Shown: positions 29,233-38,208 of the stretch, piece by piece
How positions within the stretch are numbered: the first letter of the stretch is position 1
Layout: every line of letters begins with the position of its first letter
Assembly: GCA_963677485.1 (NCBI GenBank)
Contig: OY781964.1
Coordinates: 1,824,001 to 1,888,000 of the forward strand
Direction of reading: 5' to 3'
Length of the DNA: 64,000 nucleotides
Source: Armatimonadota bacterium
Lineage (GTDB): Bacteria > Armatimonadota > HRBIN16
Notes under the pieces: model-generated
What the model was told of the DNA's origin: nothing
Database searches by the model: none
What the model saw: the letters and a program-made list of their open reading frames with translations, nothing else
Made by a program: the position numbers and the translations under genes

Positions 29233-30584
29233 GCAAATCTGGTTTAACCCGTCGCGATTTTATCAAGGGGGCGGCCGTGAGCACCGCAGCCTATGCGTTG
29301 ACTCAGAACCAGCCGTCTACCTCCGCAGCCGCCAGAGCTAAATCCAATCGCCCAAACCTGATCTTTATGCACACGGACCAGCAGCACTTTCAGGCGATAT
29401 CGGGGCAAGGCTGCAAGGATCTGCATACGCCGAATATGGACAGGCTGATGAAACACGGGGTCACTTTCGCTGATTCCTATTCAGCCAACCCCGTCTGCTG
29501 TCCGGAGCGGGCTTGCTGGTATACCGGCCGTTGTTCGTCTGAGAACGGCATGTTAAGCAATAACCATACCCTTAATACAGAAATGCCTGACCTGGGCCAG
29601 TGGTTCGGTGCCAACAGCTATGAGTGCTTCTATTCCGGTAAGTGGCACGTGCCGGGACGGGACCCGAACACCAGCTTCAACTGCCTCACCGCCAATACCT
29701 CCGGTCAGGGACAGCACCAGGATTCGATCGTCGCCCAAACCGCGCAGAGTCTGCTGCAAAGCTACAGCGGAGAGAAGCCATTCTTCCTCTCGCTGGGGTT
29801 CCTGCAGCCGCACGACTGCTGCTATTGGGCGTTCACGCACAAGACGGTTCCCGACCAACTGCCATTCCCGCTCACCGACCGCGATCTGCCCAAACTGCCC
29901 ATGAACTATGCGCATACCCAGCGTCAGCCCAAAGTGGTGGACGCCCACTTCAAGGGTGTCTCCAACATGACTAAAGGCTGGACCGACATGCACTGGCGGC
30001 TGTATATGCATGACTACTACCGCATGGTGGAGGAGGTGGACGCTGAGATCGGGCGGGTGCTCGACGCGCTGGAGGGCTCCAGGTTCGCATCGAACACGGT
30101 GGTGGTATTAACTGCCGACCACGGTGACGGTCTTGCCAGACGCAAGCTGTTGCAGAAATGGTGGCTGTATGATGAGGCGGTGCGAGTGCCGATGGTCATT
30201 TATGCCCCTGGGGCGACTGATGTGCGCATCGACCGCTCGCACGTGGTCTCTGGCCTGGATGTCGCGCCCACTCTATGCGACTACGCCGGCATTCCCTGTA
30301 TCCCCAAAGCGCGCGGGCGAAGTCTGAAACCGCTGGTCGAAGGCCGTCCCACGGAGTGGCGCGAGTTCGTAGTCAGCGACGCCAACATCACCGGCCGGAT
30401 GGTGCGCACGCCCGAATACAAGTTCATCGCCTACAAGAATGACCCCGTGGTGCAGCTGTTTGACATGCGCCACGACCCCTGGGAGATGACCAACCTGGCC
30501 GACGAGGCCAAACACGCCGACACCGTGGCCTCCCTGCAGAGGGCGCTGAAGGACTGGGAGAGCCATCTTGAGGTGGCGGGGTAG
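29229..30584 (+). CDS. Tat-exported sulfatase (Cys-type)
   Basis: TRRDFIK twin-arginine signal; RPNLIF.HTDQQ, CCPER (CxPxR), GKWH, TADHGD motifs. Confidence 0.92.
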   Translation: MSKSGLTRRDFIKGAAVSTAAYALTQNQPSTSAAARAKSNRPNLIFMHTDQQHFQAISGQGCKDLHTPNMDRLMKHGVTFADSYSANPVCCPERACWYTGRCSSENGMLSNNHTLNTEMPDLGQWFGANSYECFYSGKWHVPGRDPNTSFNCLTANTSGQGQHQDSIVAQTAQSLLQSYSGEKPFFLSLGFLQPHDCCYWAFTHKTVPDQLPFPLTDRDLPKLPMNYAHTQRQPKVVDAHFKGVSNMTKGWTDMHWRLYMHDYYRMVEEVDAEIGRVLDALEGSRFASNTVVVLTADHGDGLARRKLLQKWWLYDEAVRVPMVIYAPGATDVRIDRSHVVSGLDVAPTLCDYAGIPCIPKARGRSLKPLVEGRPTEWREFVVSDANITGRMVRTPEYKFIAYKNDPVVQLFDMRHDPWEMTNLADEAKHADTVASLQRALKDWESHLEVAG

Positions 30585-30589
30585 CAAGT

Positions 30590-31191
30590 ATGACGCGGAT
30601 GGATCAGACGGGATTCAACGCAAAGACGCCAAGAGGCAAAGACGCAAAGGTCTATGACCGCGCCACGTAGTAGGCCTGCACCGCGCCTTTTCCGCATTCC
30701 ATTGCGTCCTTTGCCCCTCTGCGCCTTTGCGTTGAGTTCCCGGTATTTGTGTTCATTCGCGTCCATTCGTGGTTAAGACAATCTGCGTCATCTGTGTCAT
30801 CTCTGGATAAATATCTCCTTTGCGTTGAGTTCCGGCAATCCGCGTTCATCTGTGTCCATTCGTCTCTATCGGTGTTTATACGTGGTTAAGAAAATGCCTC
30901 TTCTACCCTTCGTGCCGATCGCCGCACACCTTGGAGAAAGACCGGCGCGGTCTTGGGCCATCAGTAACCGCTAGCTTACCGCCAGACCGCCCCGGACATA
31001 GCCAATTGGGCTGCGGCGGCCACCATTAATCTGCGTCATCTGTGTAATCTGTGGATATAAATTACCCTTGCGTCATTTGCCCCACTGCGCCTTTGCGTTG
31101 AGTTCCCGGTATTTGTGTTCATTCGCGTCCATTCGTGGTTAAGACAATCTGCGTCATCTGTGTAATCTGTGGATTATTTCTCCTTTACGTT
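30590..31191. repeat. Composite repeat cluster (family C doublets, family A half element, about 110-bp direct repeat)
   Basis: Near-identical blocks at about 30710-30826 and 31076-31191; AGACCGCCCCGGACATAGCCAA near 30984-31005. Confidence 0.8.
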
Positions 31192-31377
31192 TCGTTCCGT
31201 ACGGCCGTCAGCGCCGCCCACGAGTATCAGGTATAACCTGGGTTCACGCCGGTTCACGATGCCCTGCATGGACGTGACCAGATGGGTTTCATCCCAAATG
31301 CGCCGGAGCTGCCGGGCATTATCACGCGGCTGCGACACGGTATGCGTTAAGTCATATATATAGAGCGGTTTTGGCAC
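31174..31377 (-). pseudogene. Truncated GxGYxYP-family (putative glycoside hydrolase) N-terminal fragment
   Basis: GTG start with GGAGG RBS; LVTSMQGIVNRREPRLY resembles GxGYxYP N-terminus; ORF ends on entering the repeat block. Confidence 0.6.
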
Positions 31378-31395
31378 TACTGCCCTCCTGCGGTA

Positions 31396-31698
31396 TTACT
31401 GGTTGTAGTCCTGTCGCCGTCTCATTTCGGCCAGCTCCTTGCGCAACTGACGCACCTCTTCGGCCAGGGCCTTTATTTCAACTATAGAGGCCGCATAATC
31501 GTCCGCGTGCAGTATCTGGTCGTTCATCTCATTTTGACGGAAGTTGGCATCTACCTGAAAGCGGTTCTCCTGTAGTCGGAGTTCGCGGTTTTTGACCGAC
31601 CAGCCACGGGATATGGCCAGAATCGCGATGATGATTCCGCCGATGACTGGAACTCCGAATATCAAGAATATCGCCAACTCAGCAATACTCATGACCAT
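31396..31698 (-). CDS. Small membrane protein with C-terminal coiled coil
   Basis: AGGAGG RBS; one TM helix plus heptad-rich tail. Confidence 0.75.
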   Translation of the reverse strand: MVMSIAELAIFLIFGVPVIGGIIIAILAISRGWSVKNRELRLQENRFQVDANFRQNEMNDQILHADDYAASIVEIKALAEEVRQLRKELAEMRRRQDYNQ

Positions 31699-31730
31699 TT
31701 TTCACCTCCTGTATTTTGTAGGCAACTAGA

Positions 31731-31898
31731 TTGGCTATGTCCGGGGCGGTCTGTCAGTACGCCTGCGGAGACTACTGTCTATAGACCGTGCCGGTCTTGT
31801 TCCTGACACAAATCTATCATGGCTAACCGCCAGACCGGCGCGGTCTCGAGCCTTCTGCATCCGCTAGCCTACGCACAGACCGCCCCGGACATAGCCAA
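31731..31898. mobile_element. 168-bp MITE-like element (family A)
   Basis: TIR TTGGCTATGTCCGGGGCGGTCTG / CAGACCGCCCCGGACATAGCCAA; close copy at 54219-54386. Confidence 0.85.
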
Positions 31899-31943
31899 CG
31901 ATTACATGTAACAATGAGCGAGCGGCCCTTCGCACCTAACTGT

Positions 31944-32735
31944 TTATATCTGCAGCTCAGGCCAGTATCGCAAGATCAGATCCACGCTCTTTTGGACACC
32001 CAGCATCTGGTCCTCTTCGCCTTCATACTCGATGGAGACCGCTCCCTGGTAGTGGCTTTGCTGCAGCAGGCCCAGCAGATACTTATAATCCGCATCACGC
32101 TCCTCGCCATTCGACAGGAAGTTTTGGCATTTCGCATGAACATGATACGCGTGTGGTGCCAGTTTCGCGCTCTCGGAGTTTCGCAGCTCGTTACTCCAGT
32201 TGCCGAAGTCCAGGCAGGAGCCCACCCATTCTGGGTCTGTGCCGTTGATCACCTTCAGGATGGTATCGGCCTTCAGGCTGACGCCACCGTGGTTCTCGAT
32301 CGTGATCTTCACATTCAACTGCTTGGCTACGGGAAGAATCTGGTTATAGGCATCCACGCACCGCTCAACCCCCACGGTGTCGTCCAGCTCTTCGCTGCCC
32401 AGTCCGCCAAGGTTGATGCGCACAATCGGGGCTCCCAGGTAAGCGGCCGCTTTCAACTGCTCGATATCTTCCGCAATCTGTTTGTCGCGCGCTTTATCGT
32501 CTAGTGTCGCGATGTTGCCCTCTATGATAAAGCCGGTAATCACCACACCGGCATCGGCACACGCCTTCTTGATGCTGTCCAGATAGGCGGTATCGTAACT
32601 CTTCATCCATATGGAGTTATAGGTAATGCCAGCAATTCCCATCTGCTTGAGTGCCTGGGGTGCAGTCAGATAATCCAGCCTGCCATTGTTGAAGTAGTCA
32701 CGCAGACTATAGGTGTCACATGAAAGAATTGGCAT
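31944..32735 (-). CDS. Sugar phosphate isomerase/epimerase
   Basis: ITIENHGG, CLDFGN, HVHAK, VSIEYEG motifs; start MPILSC after AGGAAGG. Confidence 0.88.
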   Translation of the reverse strand: MPILSCDTYSLRDYFNNGRLDYLTAPQALKQMGIAGITYNSIWMKSYDTAYLDSIKKACADAGVVITGFIIEGNIATLDDKARDKQIAEDIEQLKAAAYLGAPIVRINLGGLGSEELDDTVGVERCVDAYNQILPVAKQLNVKITIENHGGVSLKADTILKVINGTDPEWVGSCLDFGNWSNELRNSESAKLAPHAYHVHAKCQNFLSNGEERDADYKYLLGLLQQSHYQGAVSIEYEGEEDQMLGVQKSVDLILRYWPELQI

Positions 32736-33018
32736 TAGGTGTTCCTTCCTGACGGTGGCCTCGCGGTGTAGTGAAATAGTGTGTGTCGACTGGTGCTCAT
32801 CTGCATCAGCCCTTAATGCATATAGTAGCATATTATCGGCGGATCACAACGGTCTCAGCCTCGTGATCTCAAGCCAGTGACCATCGCCGAAATCTCGTTT
32901 TGTTTACGCAGTCATGATACCGGGTTTCCATGCTTGAATACGGCTGAACTGGCATTCAATCACGATGACAAGTATCATGAAATTGACTTACATATATTAA
33001 GGTGGCATAATCCGCATC

Positions 33019-33951
33019 GTGTCTTCGCAACAATATCCCCTTTCAAAACGCATCCGCGCGACTGTTGGCACCTCGTTACTAATGGGCATCAGGCATATCG
33101 CGATGACGGCTCCCATCAAAAGCATGTATCGCTTTGGAGAACGGCTTGGTACAGTGGCTTATCACTGCAGCGGCAAGTATCGACGCATCGGCCTGCAGAA
33201 CATCATGACAGCCTACCCAGAAATGACAGAACAGCAAGCACGTGAGTTGCTGCAGAAAGTATTTCGCAACTTCGGCGTTTCGACAGTAGAATTTTTGATG
33301 GCTGATCGCTTTTCGGACAAGATGATGGCCGAAATGGTTGTGTTTGTGAATGAGCACTATCTGAAGGACGCGTATGCATTGGGCGAAGGTGTGCTGTTGA
33401 TCTCTGCCCATATGGGAAGCTGGGAGCTTTGCGCCCGGGCCCTGACCAGGCTACAGAGCATCCCGTTGACTGTGGTAGCGCGCGATGCCGATGACCCCGG
33501 TGCCACCTCGCTGGTGAATGCGATACGCGGACGATCGGGGTATAAAGTGATCCCTAAAGGTGGTTCCAGCGGCATCAAGATCATCCGGGCGTTAAAAGAA
33601 AAAGACGCTGTGGTGCTAATGAGCGACCAGAACAGCGATGATGTGTTTGTGCCGTTCTTCGGTAGGATGGCAGGATGTGTGGCCGGTCCAGCCAGGCTTG
33701 CACTTCGCTCCCACGGAGCGATTGTGCCGCTGTTCGCACGGCGGTGCGCTGACGGCACCCATATTTACGAATTCTGTAAGCCGATCATCGCAGCACCTAC
33801 CGGCGATAACAAGGCCGATGTGCTGCGCATCACCGCAGAAATCCAAAAAGTGATTGAAAGCCAGGTGCGCCTCTACCCCGACCAGTGGCTGTGGTTCCAT
33901 AACCGCTGGAAATGCCGTCCACCCGAAGAGGCCATACCCAGTGAAAGCTAG
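33019..33951 (+). CDS. Lipid A biosynthesis acyltransferase (LpxL/HtrB family)
   Basis: SAHMGSWE, SDQN, VPFFG, PDQWLWFHNRWK motifs. Confidence 0.9.
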   Translation: MSSQQYPLSKRIRATVGTSLLMGIRHIAMTAPIKSMYRFGERLGTVAYHCSGKYRRIGLQNIMTAYPEMTEQQARELLQKVFRNFGVSTVEFLMADRFSDKMMAEMVVFVNEHYLKDAYALGEGVLLISAHMGSWELCARALTRLQSIPLTVVARDADDPGATSLVNAIRGRSGYKVIPKGGSSGIKIIRALKEKDAVVLMSDQNSDDVFVPFFGRMAGCVAGPARLALRSHGAIVPLFARRCADGTHIYEFCKPIIAAPTGDNKADVLRITAEIQKVIESQVRLYPDQWLWFHNRWKCRPPEEAIPSES

Positions 33952-35005
33952 ACCTCGAATTGAGGATATTGACCGTCTTGCCATCGTAAAGCTGAGTGCT
34001 ATTGGCGACATGGTGCATGCTCTGCCGGTGTTGGCAGCATTGAAGAAGGCCAAGCCTCAGATGCAAATCAGCTGGATTGTAGACGAACGATACGCCAGCC
34101 TGCTGACCGACCACCCGCTTCTTCATGAGGTCATCGTGTTGCCAGTAAAACGCTGGCAGCGCGGTTTTAACAAAGCCAGTACCTGGCGTGAAATCGGGCG
34201 TGCCTCGCGTAGACTGCGGAAAGCGAAATTCCAACTCACGATTGACATCCAGGGGCTTGCCAAAAGTGCATTGATGGCTTTGCTCACCGGTGCGAAAACA
34301 CGGATCGGTCACAGCGATCAGCGCGAGGGCAGCCATCTGCTGAACACCGCCGTGCCGCGGGTGGGTCATGCCACCCATGTGACTGACAGCTACCTGGATA
34401 TCCTGCGCTACCTTGGCGTGCCAGCAGAGCCTGTGGAGTTTCCGATCTATATCGACCCTAAATCCAAAGCAGAAGTCGTGAACCTCATCACAGAGACAGG
34501 GGTCGATACAGCCAAACTCATTACCATCAACCCCTCCGCCGGACAACCGCAGAAGCGATGGGCACCAGAGTGTTTCGCTAAGACTGCTGACATCCTGAGT
34601 GCTGAGGGATACGATGTGGTGTTTGTGGGCAGCCCCGGCGATAAGCCCTTAGTGCAGCAGATTGTGGCACAATGCCACCAAAAGGTGTACGATTTTAGTG
34701 GCAGAACCAGCCTCAAGGCACTCGCAGAACTGCTGCGCATCAGTATGATGCATATCTGCGGTGATACGGGCTCTGCACACATCGCCAGCGGGCTTGGAAC
34801 CGCGGTCCTTGGGCTTTACGGCCCCACCAATCCGTCTCGCAGTCACCCTTGGGGCCAGCAGCATCATGTAGTCAGCCATTATGGTTGCTGCGAAGACTGC
34901 AACTGCCGTTTTCATTGCAAACTTCGAATTTGTATGGATAGAATAAGCGTAGACGAAGTGATAGATATGGCCCATGTAATAATCAACGAGGTGCGGCATG
35001 ATTGA
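33941..35005 (+). CDS. GT9 LPS heptosyltransferase (WaaC-like)
   Basis: IVKLSAIGDMVHALP, IDIQGLAKS, GDTGSAHIA, LYGPT motifs; GTG start overlapping the upstream gene. Confidence 0.9.
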   Translation: MKARPRIEDIDRLAIVKLSAIGDMVHALPVLAALKKAKPQMQISWIVDERYASLLTDHPLLHEVIVLPVKRWQRGFNKASTWREIGRASRRLRKAKFQLTIDIQGLAKSALMALLTGAKTRIGHSDQREGSHLLNTAVPRVGHATHVTDSYLDILRYLGVPAEPVEFPIYIDPKSKAEVVNLITETGVDTAKLITINPSAGQPQKRWAPECFAKTADILSAEGYDVVFVGSPGDKPLVQQIVAQCHQKVYDFSGRTSLKALAELLRISMMHICGDTGSAHIASGLGTAVLGLYGPTNPSRSHPWGQQHHVVSHYGCCEDCNCRFHCKLRICMDRISVDEVIDMAHVIINEVRHD

Positions 35006-36059
35006 TCCCAGCAATCAAAAGATTCTGGTTAGCGTGAAGTCTAGATATATAGTAGACACGATACTTGCGTTGCCTGCAATCAGGGCAATTCGCAAACAAT
35101 ACCCACAGACGCACATCACACTTTTTTCGGGCCCATGGGCAGGTGAAATCCTGCGTGGATGCCCCTATATTGACGAGTATCTGTTCCGATCCCCAAGCCA
35201 CCAACGAAAGAACGATCTTGAGATGATCAAGATCATGGGTAAGCAGCATTTTACGACCGCCGCTCTGTTCAACCGATCCTTTAGCAGCGGTTTACTGGCC
35301 TGGATGGTGGGTATTCCCGAGCGCGTCGGTTTTGACACCGAGATGCGCGGCCATCTGCTGACAGAACGTGTGGCCTATGATGCCAATTTGCATGAAATAG
35401 ACAACCTGCTGCGGATTGCGGTGGCCTGCGGAGTGGACAACACCGACCATCTTTCCCGCAACACCGAACTTTGGATCGACCCCAACGAAAGCCAGCATAT
35501 GCGGGAATGGCTGATGCACGAAGGTTGGAATGGAACCAGCCCGATTATGGTATTGCAACCAGACTCCCAAGAGGTGGCCACCAAACGCTGGGATGTTGCT
35601 AAATACATCGAAGTAGCCAAGGCGTTGCAGAAAAAAGTGGGTTATCAAATCGTGCTGATCGGGCGTGAAGGCGAACTCGAATGCTCACGCCAGATGCAGC
35701 AGGAGCTGGGCCCTGATACGATCAACCTGATCACCCGCATCCGCCTGCGTGAGACGCTGGCACTGCTGCACTTCACCGACCTGCTGCTGGGCTGTGAGAG
35801 CGGGCTGCTTCACGCCGCCATCGCCACCCGCACCCCTACACTTAGTATCTTCGCCCCCCACCGTGTCAAACAGTATGGGTATAACCGGGCGGCCAACCGG
35901 CTGATCTATCATGATGTAGCCGCTGGAACACCCATCAGCGAACAAGCGATCATTGACAGCCTTCAGTCCATCACTGTAGACGAGGTGCTCGCCTTGGCAG
36001 ACAAGCTGATTGAGGTATGGCAGCAAAGCTACGTGCCGGGTATGCCGCACGTTCAGTAG
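34998..36059 (+). CDS. GT9 LPS heptosyltransferase (WaaF-like)
   Basis: DTILALPAIRAIRKQYP, GIPERVGF, KRW, ESGLLHAAIA motifs. Confidence 0.85.
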   Translation: MIDPSNQKILVSVKSRYIVDTILALPAIRAIRKQYPQTHITLFSGPWAGEILRGCPYIDEYLFRSPSHQRKNDLEMIKIMGKQHFTTAALFNRSFSSGLLAWMVGIPERVGFDTEMRGHLLTERVAYDANLHEIDNLLRIAVACGVDNTDHLSRNTELWIDPNESQHMREWLMHEGWNGTSPIMVLQPDSQEVATKRWDVAKYIEVAKALQKKVGYQIVLIGREGELECSRQMQQELGPDTINLITRIRLRETLALLHFTDLLLGCESGLLHAAIATRTPTLSIFAPHRVKQYGYNRAANRLIYHDVAAGTPISEQAIIDSLQSITVDEVLALADKLIEVWQQSYVPGMPHVQ

Positions 36060-36096
36060 CGTGGTGATAACCGCGTAGATACGGCATCCTCTGTGA

Positions 36097-36190
36097 CCTA
36101 TGACCGGGGCGGTTTTCCCTAACCGCCCCGGTCTTTTTTCCGCCACAAATCTATCACAGTCATCCGCCAGACCGCCCCGGACATAGGCAA
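36097..36190. repeat. Internally deleted family A element
   Basis: CTATGACCGGGGCGGTTTTCCCTAACCGC...CAGACCGCCCCGGACATAGG. Confidence 0.75.
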
Positions 36191-36307
36191 CGCTATGCGA
36201 AATGAAACAGTTTAGCCTTGATGTTCAGTATAATATATATTGCACATCAGCAATATTCCGCTAATCATGCGTACATCCGCACCCCCTGGAAGGAGGTGAA
36301 GCAAAGC

Positions 36308-37666
36308 TTGAGCAAACGTCACATTCTGTTCCGAGTGAGTCTATGGGGACTCGTGCTCATAGCCTGCTTCATGGTAGTCAACAGGGGATCATCATACTAC
36401 CGTCACGCCGCTGAGGTAACTCAGCAAGAAGTTGATGCACTTCCTTCGCTGCCTGCTATCACTGCAAAGGACCGCATACTCATTTTTTCGCCGCACCCGG
36501 ATGACGAAACACTCGCATGTTCAGGCTTGATCCAAAAGGCTCATAAGGCCGGTGCTGCGTTCCACGTCGCTTTCATGACCAATGGCGACGCATTCCGCGC
36601 AGAGATGCAGGTGCTGTACAAAACCGTCCGGATCACCCCTCAGATTTCGCGTCAGTTCGGGCTGCACCGCCAAACCGAGGCGTTGAATGCGGTCAAACGA
36701 AGCGGATGCACCGAGGAGCAGGTCACTTTCCTTGGGTATCCTGACAAAGGCCTAATGCCAATATGGGAAAAGAACTGGGTACCTTCAGGTGCCTATCTCT
36801 CGGCATTCACGAAAACCAGGGTGAACCCTTATGATAATTCACCAAGTGCGGGCCTGACCTATTGCGGCCAAAACCTGCTGCATGATGTGGAGACGCTGCT
36901 TAGGGAATATCGACCAAACAAGATATTTGTCGTCATGCCTGGGGACGACCATTCAGACCATGCCGGAACGACCATGTTCGTCACAGCCGCGATGGCTCGC
37001 CTGGCGAAAGAGAAGACACCTTTCACCTCTGACTGCCGCATGTTCGGTTATATGGTTCATTTTGGTGACTGGCCATATCCGCAGGGATACCGTCCAGATA
37101 GGTATTCGGCACCGCCTAGTGCGTTGATGGGCATCGGCTATAAGTGGTATAAACTGCCGCTCAGCCCCGAAGAGGTCGCGACCAAGAACCAGTCCTTAGG
37201 GCAGTATAAATCGCAGCTTCAGCTATGCGAGAGGTTTCTGCGCAGTTTCGTCCGCACGAATGAGCAGTTTGTCCAATTACCGCTGACAATCACCGCCAAT
37301 AAACCGGTGATGTGCAAAGAGCCAATCAATGAAGACCTGATGCCCATGCTGCAGCCTGGCGCAGATATCAAAAGTGTCAGTTTTTACCGTAATAAGAACA
37401 ACTTGAATGTCACGTTATATCTGAAAGAACAAGCACCAAAAGGCGCCAGATACCGATGTGTGGTCAGAGCATTGGACGATCGTCCCTTCCCGCCCAATAT
37501 GGTCTACAGTCAAGATGTGTCCATTGGTATGAAAACTCAAAACTCCACCAACCAGATTAAGTTCGAGTTTACCGACGTGCCTTCCCAACCTCTGTTGGGC
37601 ATCACCGCCAACAGCTATGTGGCGCAGGTGAAGGTAGACAAGATCATGGAACGATTCATCCAGTAG
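36308..37666 (+). CDS. PIG-L family deacetylase, membrane-anchored
   Basis: SPHPDDE, TNGD, FLGYPD, HSDH motifs; TTG start after AAGGAGG. Confidence 0.88.
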   Translation: MSKRHILFRVSLWGLVLIACFMVVNRGSSYYRHAAEVTQQEVDALPSLPAITAKDRILIFSPHPDDETLACSGLIQKAHKAGAAFHVAFMTNGDAFRAEMQVLYKTVRITPQISRQFGLHRQTEALNAVKRSGCTEEQVTFLGYPDKGLMPIWEKNWVPSGAYLSAFTKTRVNPYDNSPSAGLTYCGQNLLHDVETLLREYRPNKIFVVMPGDDHSDHAGTTMFVTAAMARLAKEKTPFTSDCRMFGYMVHFGDWPYPQGYRPDRYSAPPSALMGIGYKWYKLPLSPEEVATKNQSLGQYKSQLQLCERFLRSFVRTNEQFVQLPLTITANKPVMCKEPINEDLMPMLQPGADIKSVSFYRNKNNLNVTLYLKEQAPKGARYRCVVRALDDRPFPPNMVYSQDVSIGMKTQNSTNQIKFEFTDVPSQPLLGITANSYVAQVKVDKIMERFIQ

Positions 37667-38208
37667 CCCCCGCACCAACCCCCTCATTCTTCCTATTAAC
37701 CGCGAATGAACACGAATGAACGCGAATGGGAAAATCACACCAACCCCCGTCCTGCTCGTCCTACTCATCTTCCTCGTCCTGCTTGGGTTTTTATTATAAC
37801 CGCGAATGAACACGGATGAACGCGAATGGGGAGGGAAGTGCCAATCGGGGGATTGGCGTTCCCAGGGGTGTCACCAGACGGTGCTCCTTTGCGTCATTGC
37901 ACCCTTGCGCCTTTGCGTTGGATCCCTTCGGGAGATTGGCGTGCCCAGGACTGCACACCTCAACAATACCAGCTTTCTCTTTCATATCGTGAAATTCATC
38001 CTTTACGCGTCCATATTTCCAGAAATTCCATACAGCCTAAAAGGTATACTTCAGATACCATCGCTTCCGACGCTCTATCTCATGCTATCAGCGATGGCTT
38101 GAACAACCCGTATAGGAAGATATTTACATAAACAACGAATACGCGCCGTCCGAACCCGAGAACCATCCGCAAGATGCCTCCCGCAACTCCACGGAGCCGT
38201 TTGTTCGT

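Noticed and set aside
31731-31898. Integron attC site
   Set aside because: No RYYYAAC/GTTRRRY cassette organisation, no integron integrase, and neighbouring genes are not cassettes
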